A DNA stretch of 64,000 nt. Source: Anthoceros angustus. Taxonomy: Eukaryota; Plantae; Anthocerotophyta. Under the pieces are notes generated by a model. That model did not search any database, was not told the DNA's origin, and was given only the letters and a program-made list of their open reading frames with translations. The translations under genes were made by a program, and so were the position numbers. Positions within the stretch are counted from its first letter, which is position 1, and every line of letters begins with the position of its first letter. The stretch lies in contig VJWM01000068.1 in assembly GCA_010909165.1 (NCBI GenBank), positions 1,054,001 to 1,118,000 of the forward strand, given 5' to 3'. This document shows positions 25,318 to 38,200 of the stretch, piece by piece.

Positions 25318-27368
25318 CTATCTTCCTTCCACAGACTCGGTTGTCATTAGCGGAAGTCCAATCGCGCCTGACCACTCCCATTCCAGCGACGTGCCCAGCA
25401 GCTTGGACAAGGTAAACGTGACATCTTTCATGCTTGGCCTTTTGTGGGGATCGTGTTCCACACAAGATCTGGCCAGAACAGCCACTTTGTGCACCGTTTC
25501 CAGAGGATAGGCAGTGCCCAGGACAGGGTCCATCCATGCCTGCAACTTGTGAATAGCATCCTCAGCATCCAAAATAGGGCCGATCATATCTGCCAAGCAA
25601 ACTTCTCGCTCTGCCTGCCCTTTTGTTTTCGTCACTACAGCCTCCTGGCCGGAGAGGAGCTCCAGCACCACCACTCCAAACGCAAACACATCAATCTTGG
25701 TGGAAATCAAGCCATGCTGCAAGTACTCGGGAGGCAAGTACCCATAAGTCCCAGCAATGTGCCGCGTGAGCAAGGCCTCCTGCACCCCTGACCTGGCCAT
25801 CCCGAAGTTGGCAATCTTGGCATGCAGCTTGGCATCGAGCAGGATGTTACTGCTCTTGATATCCTTGTGCACAAACGGAGGATTAATATACTCATGTATG
25901 TACTCCAACCCCGTAGCCACATCCAAAGCAATCTGCAGCCGGCTATTCCAGCTCAAAAACGCCGCAGAGCTCCCATCATGCCCCTCATCGCCTCCCTGCG
26001 CAGCAGACACATGCCGCCGGAGGCAGTCCGACAACGACCCATTCTCCGCAAACTCATACACCAAATACACATGCTCGGACCCCTCATCACTGCACAGACC
26101 CAGCAACTTCACCAAGCTGGAATGATGCACCTGGAACAGGATCTTCAACTCCTGCCTCATGTTCCCCTTCATCTGTTTAATAGCAACATTAGTTCCATGC
26201 AAATTCCCCCTGAAAACCGACCCCTGTACCCTATACTGGGAGCTGAAATTCCCCGTAGCCTCCTTCACCTCCTCGAAACTATACAGCGTAGGCCTGTCAG
26301 CACCCACCATATCCGACATAGCCAGCAACACATCCCCCGCCAACCCCGACTTCCCATCACTCCCCCCCGTCGCCTGGCTCCTGGCACTGGGCACACTCTC
26401 GAAATCCGCAGCATACTTCCCATCCACCTCCTTCCTCCACCTCCGCCTCCTCCTCAAAACCCACAAAACACCCAAAACGCCCACCAGCGCAACCAAGAAC
26501 CCAGCACCCGCCGCCACCCCCCACAATCCCCGCCTCGCTCTTCTTCCCTTCCCTCCGCGCCCACTCCCCCCACCGGCGGAGGCGGCGCCGCCCCCACAGG
26601 CGCCTGGGGCAGAAACGGCAGCGCAGCGACGGGCAGCAACAGCGTGGTCCCGTAGTACAGCATCGCGTTCACCGCCAGCTCGTTCTCCGCAGCCAGATCC
26701 TCGCGCGCCACATTGAACTGATCGGCCAGCAAGCTCAGCACATCCTGCGGCTGCACCACGTACGTGAGCAGCATCTTCGTCTTGTTCGCCTCCTGCGCGG
26801 GGCTGGGGCACGCGCACCGCAGCGGCACGTTCATCGTCTGCCCGATCTGCAGATCCGTGGGCACCAGGTCGGGGTTGGAGACGGTGATGGCGAGCACCGT
26901 CACCAGGTTCTGGAACGTGATGTTGGACAGCTTCAAGTACGTGTCCCCTGACACGATCTGGTAGCTCACGTTCCCCTGGTACCGCCACCCGAGCAGCCCC
27001 CCATTGGCCGTGTAGAGCGCGGAGCAGGCGCAGGAAACCGGCACCCACATCCCCTGCCCCGCCGCAATCTCCCCGGACGCCGACACCGGCATCTTCGGAT
27101 TGGCCTCCGTCACGTTCTCCGGGCTCACCCCGAACAGCACTGCCACCGCCTCCACCGTCCTCGGCCCGCCATCGCCGCCCACCAAGTAGTAAGCAAACGT
27201 GTTGCAAGAGCTGCTCCCGCTGTCGCTCCCGATCGTGGCGTTGCAGACATAGCCGTCGTTCGGCGTCTTCCCGTTGTCGTACGGCTGCTGGCCTGCGCCG
27301 CCACCCACAAAGCAGAACAGCCCAAGGAGCAAGACCCACATCGCCCGCAGCAGCCCGGAATCCGCCAT
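25318..27368 (-). CDS. Intronless LysM receptor-like pseudokinase of the LYR (NFR5/NFP/LYK4/LYK5-type) clade, with one frameshift near 26570
   Basis: Signal peptide MADSGLLRAMWVLLLGLFCF, three LysM modules separated by CxC (VPVSCACS, VPLRCACP), TM helix then RRRRR. Kinase lacks the Gly-rich loop (RVQGSVFRG), has HKDIKSSN and NFG for DFG. Ectodomain (ORF 26454-27470) and kinase (ORF 25318-27339) are in different frames, switching at a C6 run. Confidence 0.9.
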
Positions 27369-28687
27369 CGCCTCGCCCGCCTCACCTCGCAAGGCGCATC
27401 CGCCGCCCCGTGCCCCGGACGCGCATTCCTCTTCAGCGACTCTGAATCGCGGATCGTGATTCTGAGTCACGGTACGCAGCCCGGGCTATTAATAGACTAC
27501 CCTGCCAATTGGCAGCCCTCCCGACAGGAACGTGCGCGTCCGGGTCCCGGGTGGCGGGCGAGACGGACGTCAATCGGGTCTGGAGAGGGCAGGTGAAGGC
27601 TGGTGGGGAGGACACGGATAGCGTGAGGGAATCGTGAATCGCGACTCATAATTCGCGATTCATGATCAGTCATTCGCGAACGGTGAACGGTGAATCGTGA
27701 ATCGTGTGGGCCCGATGGGCGCTGGGTGTGTTGGAGGAGGAGCCCGGGACCCTGGTCTCGCTGTTCGCTCCTCGTTCGCGAGTTGCGACTCGGAGTCTCG
27801 GACAACAGACAGTCAAGAGTGGCGGCACTGGAATGGAAGGTTCCTTCGGAGTTGGGACAACATAAAGGGTGTGACGTACTCCAGACGCCCATGTGCATTG
27901 CTTTTTGGCTTTCTCTGCCAGCTTGGGCCAATGGGAGATGAACTTCCCGCTTTCGCGCGTCCTTTGTTTGTTCCAGGTGTCGTCGGGATCACTGCAGCAG
28001 GGGGTTGCCACTTGCCCGGCACTTCCCCCTCCGCTCCTTGATCTCAGGACAGCGGGAGCCAGTGCCGTCTGTTCTCGACCTCGAATTGGACTTGCACGAC
28101 TTGCCGTCGCCTATCCATCACAGGGGAGTAATGGCGAAGCGTGTCAGTCCTCGCGCTGGGTGCCGCACCGGCGGATATGCACTCCCTGTAACCGAGCCCG
28201 GGTAGCCTCTCCGCCCCTCCGAATCTCTCTCCGTCGTGTAAGCGCCCGCCCGACCCGGGCCGTTTCCCGACTCGCAGCACTCTTGGCCAAAAACGAAACG
28301 AGCTCACGCATCACGACAACTTCCGGCCGCGCTGCTGTCATGTTTCAAACAACTCCAAGTGCGAAGTCCAGGTTCCGATCTGCACGAATAATGCGACACC
28401 TGCCGATAAGGAGCTGATTTGCCAGCAAGGAGCTGATTTGGCAGCTTTAGTTCCAGACAAGTCTTCGAAGTTGGGAATTATTAATGCCTTGGTTTCGTGG
28501 TGTTGCAGGGTTTGTAGGTTGGACTTGGACCTTTGGCTTCTTCTGTAGGTACATATCGTCGCTGGTCTTCGGCACCAGGAACATTGCGCGAGTCGAATTT
28601 AAAATGGTACCCCATAACAAAGCGCGAGTAACCAACATGCCCATTAAATTGGAAAAAAATACATGCTCATTACTGAATTTCGTGGCA

Positions 28688-28768
28688 CGCAGCCTGAGAG
28701 ATTCGAACTCTCGCGGGCGAACCCATGTACTTAGCAGGCACACGCCTTAACCACTCGGCCAAAGCTGC
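28688..28768 (-). tRNA. tRNA-Ser (GCT)
   Basis: GCAGCTTTGGCCGAGTGGTTAAGGCGTGTGCCTGCTAAGTACATGGGTTCGCCCGCGAGAGTTCGAATCTCTCAGGCTGCG: paired acceptor stem, A and B boxes, long variable arm, upstream CAA and AT-rich flank, downstream T-run. Confidence 0.95.
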
Positions 28769-29040
28769 TTGATGCTTGCAATTGAGCTCTATAAAACCTA
28801 AGAACTTTAAATTTTTATCCCATTAGTTCATTGTAAATATATTCCTATTCACATATTTTCTATTATTTATTTTTAAATCTATAAAACTTCTATTCGTCTT
28901 AGGCTGGTCTATTCATTCGTATAAATTAAAAATTTTGAATAAATAAATAAGTAGTTCAACAACATAATATGCAAGTACGTAAATACAAAAATATACTAAA
29001 CAATTCTTAATGCTCTATGAGATTCCTACCCATGACACGT

Positions 29041-29160
29041 TTGTGGTCTTCTTCTCTGGCGGTGAGAAGGAGGGAGCCACCCTTTTCATTATGTTGTCAC
29101 TTGTGGTCTTCTTCTCTGGCGGTGAGAAGGAGGGAGCCACCCTTTTCATTATGTTGTCAC
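29041..29160. repeat. Perfect 60-bp tandem duplication
   Basis: 29041-29100 and 29101-29160 are identical. Confidence 0.95.
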
Positions 29161-30880
29161 TTGATTGCTGACCAAGCTCAGGAGAGGCTTTGGCACAGGA
29201 GGAGTTTCCACATCCTGGGCATATATCTGTTTTAGAGGTGTAACAGTTTGATGAATAAGAGCAATTGCTTGAGGCTCCAATCTCGGATGATGTTCACTAA
29301 TTTCGACAACCTCGTTCAACATCTCTTTTAAGGATTTGGAAGATTTGTTTTCTTTCATCTATATGTTATAGGTGAGAGCTCCAAAGATATTTTCTTTCGC
29401 ACAACAATCCCAAGCTTTTCCTCTAGTGCTTGTAACAATAACTCTTCATCCTGTGCCTCTAGTATACCTACAGTGAAAATGGAAAGTGTGATATAGGCTA
29501 CCGGCCCAGTCACTCTATTTGTTGCAACAAATTGTCGATTCATGGCTAATGTGATTGAACACACTCCCAACATTTGCTACATCTTAACTATGTGCTTGCC
29601 CAAAAATCCTTTTTTTTTTTTCTTGCCCCGCAGGTAGCCCACATGCAGCATGCTATAGCACACTACATGAAGCACCAATATTTTGGCAGCATAGTCATCA
29701 ACAAAAAATGTCGAAGGTTTCAAATCAGTGCTCCTACGTATGATAAGTTTCCGAAATGCAGTCAACCACCTCACAAGAGCTTTTGTGGTTGTCTCTTTCG
29801 TGAGAACCCATGCCATAGGTATTCCGTGAAGGTGCTTATCAAACAAAACCATCGTAAATAGCTGATACCTATCTTGTTCACTCCGAATGTTGAATGCATT
29901 GCTAGTCAATTATTACGTTAGTACTTCACACAAGAATTTAACATGAACAAGGTCTAAATTTAAAGAAAACATACTGCCCTAGCCATACTCGGCCTGTGTT
30001 GTCCACATGCCTTTCTTCATACAATATCAGTTGCCCAACCTCAAGCCACAAAAAAAATTGCTTGAGGGTAAAATGAGCTTGCATCCGTGTTTCGTGCTCT
30101 CACCAGTCCCTGTCCGTGACCTCTTTTCGTACTTTTAATTGATGTATATGGACCAAAAGACTTTGCTTCTGAGTTACGTAGGTCTTGCGGGCCGTAGACA
30201 TTCTAAAATCAACCACAACAAGACATCACAATTCAAATCATACCTTCAACATTCAAACTTCAGTTTTCTGAAGGCAATGCAGCTGAATTATCAAAATCTC
30301 AAGTCACGTACACCTGGTCACTTTGCATGGTCATTATCATTATTCACACGGTAATCTCGCGCTTTAGACCTTGCATAAGGGGCAATGCTGAATTATCAAA
30401 ATCTCAAGTCACGTACACCGGTCACTTTGCATGGTCATTATCATTATTCACACGGTAATCTCGCGCTTTAGACCTTGCATAAGGGGGGGCAATGCAGCTG
30501 AATTATCAAAATCTCAAGTCACGTACACCTGGTCACTTTGCATGGTCATTATCATTATTCACACGGTAATCTCGCGCTTTAGACCTCGCATAAGGGGGGC
30601 CAACCGTAGACTGCTCAACTACGGAGTTCTTATCTTAGCTAGTGTATGTGCACCCTTGTCTTGGGGGGTACCTGGCTCTAGCATAAGAGGCATATGAAGA
30701 GTGCTTAGGTCCTTGGTACGTAGGCTTGCATATCTGATAGGACCCCCAGGTTGTTTTTCCATCCCGCTGATAAAATCCCTTGCTCGGCCCGAAGGAATGA
30801 AAGTGTCCACACCAGGACCTGATGCAAAGCTGTGTGTGTATGTAGCAGATTTCCAAATGAGTGCACAATATCGAAAATTC
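29150..30880 (-). mobile_element. Degenerate Mutator/MULE-type transposase (SWIM-associated family)
   Basis: TFIPSGRARDFISG (N-terminal part), YQLFTMVLFDKHLHGIPMAWVLTKETT...WLTAF...DLKPSTFFVDDYAA (MULE core), and a frameshifted RVDWLV-like motif at ~29500. Confidence 0.75.
30274..30600. repeat. ~107-bp unit x3, inside the MULE relic
   Basis: GCAATGC(AGC)TGAATTATCAAAATCTCAAGTCACGTACACC... at ~30274, ~30382 and ~30489. Confidence 0.9.
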
Positions 30881-32396
30881 TAGGCATTGGGTTCTAAAAA
30901 TCGAATAGGTAGTTTCCACTCAAATTGCTGGTCATCGCCTTAGAAACAAGAGCTTCGTGAGGTGAGGTGCTTCTTCGTGCCTTGCACCTCGAGTACTTCT
31001 CTTCACAGTTTTTTGGGTAATTACGATCAGGGTGGCGGAAGCCGTTTCAACATTAAACATCAATGATAAAAATGGTGAGATGAGGCGCCAGCAGCCGGGG
31101 ATGCAGAAACCTGTGAAGAGGGGAAAGAGGAGTGAAGGGAGAGGGGAGAGGATGAGTGGCATGCCACAAGTGCCCTAGGAGTGGCGGGCCCCACGTTTGG
31201 CCGATCTACATCTACAGCTTCGGCTAGCTATGATTGCAAGAAGAATGGAATGAGTGCAGAAAATCAACAACTTTTGCATAAAAGTCTAACACATAAAAAT
31301 ATGGATCCTATGGTTGAGGGTTGATGGTCAGACCTTCTTCCGAGCAGGAAGGGATTCAAGATAGATTTAAACTAGAAACAATTATTGAAACAAAGTCCAT
31401 AATAAGATAGATTTGAGCTAAAAAACATTATTGTTACTAAGTCCATAACAAGAAACCTCCTGAAGTCATTCATTATATTTATCTAAAAACTTCGAATATT
31501 TGAGCTTGCATGATGTTACATACTCTTGGTACAAGTTGTTAAGTACCAAGTCCCATGATGGAAATCCGTCTTAGTGGACTTAAATAGAATTCTTCTTCTT
31601 CTTCTTCCCAATGTCCAACAAATTTTCTTTCCAAAGAATAGTAGGAAGCTTACATGGAATTTCCCCATCAACCCTAAAATAATCTTATAAGACCCATCAT
31701 TTTCACCAAACACATCGTACAAGACCCTCAAAGCTTTCCGTGAAGTGGCTTGACTCCTAAAAGACCCTCAAAGCTCTCATCGAGTGGCTTTACTCCTAAG
31801 GTCGACTTTCCAACAAACGGTTATGAAGTTTGGAAAATAGTTTAAACGTCCAATTTCACCTGCCGCTTCCGCCGCTTCGGCTTCGGGATGGGCCCGACCG
31901 CGCTTGTCAATATTTTATGTTTTGTACGGGTACAGATATATTTTATGCGTCCCTTGGAATTAGGGTGTTTTAAAATCGTTGTCTGCACTGAGTTGGGCTG
32001 CCATTTTAGTACCGGAGATGTACAGACAAGGGATACCCGAACTTCCCACGGGCCTGGGCTACTTTCTCTCGAAAGTGTGTAGGCTGCGAGACTGTGTGGC
32101 TACCATCCTCGCTCTCTGAATCCGAAATATCCTCTTCAAGATGTCCGTCGAGGGTTTTTCCTGGATCCATCAGCCAGGCGTCCGTCCGCATGATGCGCAA
32201 TGATGTGATGGTTCCGGTTATCACAGGTCGGGAACTCGCACTACGTTTGCGTTATCATGCTCCTCTGATGTAACTACGTCCTTGGGGCTTGGTTGTTCAG
32301 AATCATTGCGGGTACTGAGTTCGGCTGGCCATTTCAAATACAGAGAAATATGAACAAAGGAAATACTAAGGGCCTACCTCAAGGGAGGAGGCTACC

Positions 32397-34913
32397 CTAT
32401 CTCAAGACAATATAGCTGCTGCCATCTTGTTTCTGAATCCGAGAAATCTTCTTTAAAATGTCCGCGAAGGTAGTTTTGTCCTGCTTCCATTAGCAAGGAG
32501 GGGGTCAAAGATGATCCTAATGCTGCGATAGAACTAATGACTTCTGGGTCGGTGTTTACCTCTTTTGTGGTCAGTCTCTGCCTGAACTTGGCCACCAATT
32601 CGTGACTCTTCATAGGACCTGCTGCAAGAATGTTCCTTATGTCATCTTCCATTACAGCAGCCTTGGACATGGGTGCTCCAGCTTTGGCGCCAGCGCCGGC
32701 TACTGGTTTGGCGGGTGACTCTTTCTTCACGCTTGTAGCAGGAGCCTTTCCCGCCTGCATCCACAATGAGCGGAGCTAGCTTGGAGTACAGTATGACCTG
32801 AAACTAATAAAACCCAGTCTGTTCCATATGACTTGTTAAGGATACACAGAATATTAGCATTACCGCAGTTTGTTCCGCTTTGGCTCTCTTTCCTGCTGGC
32901 AGTGTAGGTTTCCCATCATCTGCAGTGGACTTCCGTTTTCCCTTCGCGCTGGGTGCAGGAGTGGCACGGGCAGCAGCTGGAGATGGGGCAGCTGCCTTTG
33001 AGGCAGTCGCTTCCTTCGCCTCTTCTTTAACGCTGACTTTTTTGGATGGCAACAGTACAGGCGACATTCCGATTTCCTCTGTCTCCAGACCCTGTTAAAA
33101 CATGCAACAAGGAATACTCCTCAAAGGCAGTCTAACAACTGAGAAGTGGTAGCAAGCGTTCCAAACAACCAAACTGCCCAGGGTTGTGGGAAGAACCCAC
33201 ATCATCATCTTCATCTTCTTCTTCTACTCCATCAAGATCATCTAAATCTCCCGACTTTCCAAGCAGCTTCTTCAGTTCTTTGCCAGATTGACTGAGCCCA
33301 CCCCCCTCTTGCTGATCACCTTCTTCTCCCTCTGCCTCATCCTCCTCTTCCTACAGACATGATATGACAAGCCAGTCCAATAAATCAAATTAGATACACT
33401 CATAAGATACAGTTCCAGTTTGTTCAATTATTAAGGGTGTTAAACGATGCACCTGTTTGATTTCTGGGGGAGCAGCAACTTCAGGATTGATGTCTTCCCT
33501 TTCCTCAGGGTCATTTCCCACTGCCTCGTCATCGTCCGTGAATGTTTCCTCATGTTCCCAGTCATCTCCTACACACAAGCCGGAGGTACCACTATAACCT
33601 CGGAATCGAAAGAGGTAGTAGCAGCACACATAAATATGATAACAGCACCCTGCACAGACATGGAATTCAGTCAAATTCAGTGTTTACCCTTCTCAGGCTC
33701 GTCCTCATCGAGGTCCAGATCTCGTGCAGGCTCTTCACCATCCTCTTCACCTGTCTGTGCTCCTCTATTTTTTCCGAGTCTGCTCTTCCTAGTCTCCTCG
33801 TCGTCTTCATCCTCCTCGCCTCTGTCTGACCCGGGATTGTCGTCGTCATCTCCCCCCTTCCTCCTGGACCTACCCCCTGCAGATCCCCCAATGCTCTCCA
33901 TGTCATTGAAGGCTGCAGCACCTGTACTGGAAGCCTTCATTAGCCAGCGCTGATAACCATCTGCTGTTTTCCTTCGGTTCCGCATTTGCTCTTCAGCTTC
34001 TTCAAGTGTAAGCTGTTTGTAATGAGCCACCTTCTGGAAGTTATACCTTCAAAACCAAACAACCAGTGCACTTGACAACATATCCCACAGCACATACCTA
34101 ATGAAAACAAAGACACAACAAGGGAAGGGCAAGAGAGCGTGGTCTCGAGCAACTCGCCAGGAGTTCACTGGCGTTGCCACCACACATCTCCCATGGTGCA
34201 CAAGCAAGTAGTATGTAGCCTGTTGTCCTCCTTCCAGCTGGCCTTGAAAGGACTGCTGACCAACGTCATCCGCTAGCATAAATGGCCTCCCCTTGAACTT
34301 CTCCTGCACACACAGATGCAAACAAAAGGTCTGCCTGTCCGTAAACCAACTCACAGCCAAGCTCTTCCCCATAAGCTGCTTACACACCAAATTCAACACC
34401 AGCAAAAAAAAAAAACCCACACCATGCTGCAGAATCCCAGCATCGGCCGCAGACCTCAGCACCCAGAATAGGGTGGAAAGAATTAATACCCGCAAGGTCT
34501 CTGTAGGCTGGCGCCCGTTAAGCCCGTCCCTTTCCATGTTCCACTTAGGGTCAGAATGATTCTTTTTACTCAAGTTGGGCAGACCTTGAAGAAACCTCCC
34601 CACGACGTACTGCTTGTTGCTTACTGGCAGGAGCTTTACATCATGTTCCTGCAAGGAGTCCACTCTAAGAATCAAGCCATCCACAGCAGAGCCAGCAGAC
34701 ACGCAAAAATCAAAGGAAGCGGATACACACCTGGTTGAGACTTGTAATCGGAGCTCTGCATTCCGAGCAAGCCGCCTTGGCATGGGCCATGTGATACCCA
34801 CAGGCCTTACACAATTTCATGTGGCGGCAGATGGTGGTACCCAGATCCCCTCCATTACCGCAGCGCTTGCACACGGGGGCCGCAGACGCTGCGTTCGCCT
34901 CTGGTCGTGCCAT
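32397..34913 (-). CDS. TFIIF-alpha/RAP74: Transcription initiation factor IIF alpha subunit (RAP74), 9 exons: 34913-34731, 34648-34490, 34303-34158, 34046-33688, 33568-33453, 33350-33201, 33091-32864, 32754-32560, 32480-32397
   Basis: Exons sum to 1620 nt in one open frame (539 aa). Plant-type Cys-rich N-terminus CKRCG...CRHMKLCKACG, YKQLTLEEAEEQMRNRRKTADGYQRWLMKA, DDWEHEETFTDDDEAVGNDPEERED, LSQSGKELKKLL, and winged-helix C-terminus ELVAKFRQRL...FADILKKISRIQK. Confidence 0.93.
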
Positions 34914-35209
34914 CGGTTTCCCACTCGCCTTAGAAAGTCCCTCGGGAGGTAAAACTTCAGCAGAAGCCTTCATATGCCGCCAACGTCTCAACTATTCATA
35001 TGAATCCATGTTGACCCACATACAAATACAAGCTAGCCATACATTTATAGAAGCTAACCTGCTTGGGTGTTGGGTTTTCGTTCATTCCGAGCTCAGAAAA
35101 AGAAGAAGAAGAATTTGATTTAAGTCCTCTAAGGCTCTCTATGGAATACCGATATGGTTATGGAATATCGATATGTATGGAATACCGATCTGGTATGGAA
35201 TATCGATCT

Positions 35210-38200
35210 GGTCACGCGGCATCACAGAAAGTCCCGCTGCATACGGCGGAACTATTTCGGCATATCATGCATGACCTCATCGGTTGAGGCTGCGGCCCCC
35301 CGGTGTCCCGATATCGTCAACCTACCCCATGATGCACGAAAAGATTTCACGATACACATAAACTTTTCTTCTCTCGGGTTTAGGGTTGCGTTTAGGTCTT
35401 TTGCCTCGCCGCACCATTGCGGCACGCAATATGCCATCTCTGGTCACGCAGCATCCACAATTTGTTAGGGTTGTTAGCGGTTGCGTTGCCTGACCACCGT
35501 TGCAATTGCATTTGCGGTAGTCATCGTCATGTTTGCGGCGTGAACAATGTGTTTGCCCTTACGCATTGCAAGGCGCAGTGGGCACCGGCTTGCATATGGT
35601 GGCTGCAACGTTCATAGGCCTGCTGCCTATTGGGGGTGCAGTTTCACATAGCACTAACTATCCCGAAACAAGCTTGTACCAGAAGGACCAAGAGAAGGGC
35701 TTCCATGAAAATAGTCGCACATACAAGGCTTGCACCTTAAAGCTGCAGTGCACAAGCGATTCAAAGGCCTCTTGGACTACATAATGTGATCTGTCACGCC
35801 CACGACGTGGCTTGACTGCGTCCGTTCGAGGTACTTTGCTGCCTCATGCACTCCGCACAATGTCTGTGCAGTGCAGTACATATGGGAGGAAGTCCATGCC
35901 CTCCAAGCCCTTTGCATAGGCATTGTCCCTCGTGACATGCAACAACCCTAAACAAGAAAACATGTCATCGTTGTCAACACTAGGCGCTGTGCCGCACATA
36001 AAAGTTTTGCCCCACGACGACCTGTGGTGGCCGCGGGCACGTATTATAATGTGACGTGAAGTATCTAAAAGATCTTTGTGGCATATTTCCGTAGTGTACA
36101 CCCAAAAAGAAAGTCACACACTCCGCGTGATCGGATCGGTATTCCATAGATCCGGGTCACGGCATCCACAATTTGTTAGGGTTGTGGATGTAAAGAAATA
36201 GTCTCGCGCACGGCGGAACTATTTCGGTATGTGGAACAATTTCAGATGTCGCCCATGATTTGCGGCCGACATCGCCAACCTACCGATGATGCACACAAAG
36301 TTTTCACGATACACATAAACTTTTCTTCTCTCGGGTTTAGCTATTAGGGTCATTTTGCAATTCCGTGCTATTGCGGCATGCATCGGGCGTCAGTAGAGCG
36401 GTTGCGCTTGCACCGGCACCGCTTGCAATTGTGTTGCGCTACCACGCTTGCAATTGCATTTGCGCCGCACTCATCGTTTGTGTTTGTGGCATGGCTGAAA
36501 GTGCTTGTTTGCGCAAAGTCACAGTTGTTTGGCACTTTCAGCATACATAGCACTAAGTACTCAAACAAGCTTATACCGGAAGGACCAACACAAGAAGGGC
36601 TTCCATGAAAACACTCGCATATACAAGGCTTGCACCCAAAAAGCTCGATTGCACAAGTGTAAAGTTCAAAGGCCTCTTGGACCACATAACGATCCCGCTC
36701 CACGCGGTGCCTCCCCACTCTGCACTCGCACAATGTCTTGGCGCTTGTTTAATATGTACGGGTGATCCGAACCCTAAAACCCTAAATACTAGGCTAACAT
36801 TGTGTCATAGAAATATTTGCCTTCTAGAACCTCAAGTTGATGTGGTATATATTATACACCGCATTGCATGGCATCTCAAGATGCCGTGGCATATTTCCGT
36901 AGTGTACACCCAAAAACAAAGTCACACGCACGGTCGGCGTATGGAATACCGATCTGGTATGGAATATCGATCGTCACGCGGCATCACGTAAAGTCCCGCT
37001 GTTGGGAACTATTTCGCATATCATGCATGACCTCATCGGTTGAGGCTCGGCCCCGGTGTCCGATATCGTCAACCTACGATGATGCACAAAGTTTTCACGA
37101 TACATAGAAACTTTTTGTTCTCTCGGGTTTAGGGTTGCGTTTAGGTCTTTTGCCTCCGCACCATTGCGTGCAATATGCCATCTACGGTCACGCATCCACA
37201 TTTTTAGGGTTGTTAGCGGTTGCGTTAGCCTTACCGCTTGCAATTGCATTTCGTTGTAGTCATCGTCGTGTTTGCGGTGAATATGTTTGCCCTTACGTGC
37301 AAGGCTGCGATGTTGCTTGGTTGCATCTGCTGCAGCGTTCATAGGCCTGCATTATTGGGGTGCCATAGCACTAACTATCCCGAAACAAGCTTGTACGGAA
37401 GGACCAACAGAAGGGCTTCCATGAAAATAGTCGCACATACAAGGCTTGCACCTTAAAGCTGCAGTGCACAAGCGATTCAAAGGCCTCTTGGACTACATAA
37501 TGCGGGGTGATCCCTCGCCGGCTTGACTGCGTCCGTTCTTTGAGGTACTGGTCGTGCCTCCCCCCTGCTCATGCACTCCCTGCACAATGTCGTCAGTGCC
37601 AGGTGCAGGCGGTACATATGGGGAGGAAGTCCATGCCCTCCAAGCCCTTTGCATAGGCATTGTCCCTCGTGACATGCAGTTCAACCCTAAACAAGAAAAC
37701 ATGTGCATGACATCGAGACACTAGGCGTGTCATAAAAGTTTTGCCCCACGACGAACCTCTGGTGATGTGGCACGTATTATACGTATATTGTACGTAAGTA
37801 TCTAAAAGATGCTGTGGCATATTTCCGTAGTGTACACCCAAAAAAAAGAAAGTCACACACACACTCCCGTGTGATCAGATCGGTATTCCATAGATCTGGT
37901 CACGCGGCATCCACATTTTTTTAGGGTTGTGGACAGAAAGAAATAGTCTCGTCGCATACGGCGGAACTATTTCGGTATGTGGAACAATTTCGGTATGTCA
38001 CGCATGACCCCGGTGTACCGATATCGTCAACCTACCCGATGATGCACACAAAGTTTTCACGATACATAGAAACTTTTGTTCTCTCGGGTTTAGCGTTGCG
38101 TATAGGGTCATTTGCAATTCCGTGCTATTGCGGCATGCATCTGGGCGTCGTATGTGAGCGGTTGCGTTTGCACCGCGCTTACCGTTTGCAATTGTGTTTG

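Noticed and set aside
28447-28750. ORFs of 88-98 aa near 28.6 kb
   Set aside because: They overlap the tRNA-Ser gene and its terminator and have no protein features.
21418-30600. CRISPR-like arrays (17-bp x3, 60-bp x2, 107-bp x3 repeats)
   Set aside because: Head-to-tail repeats with no unique spacers, in a eukaryotic context with no cas genes.
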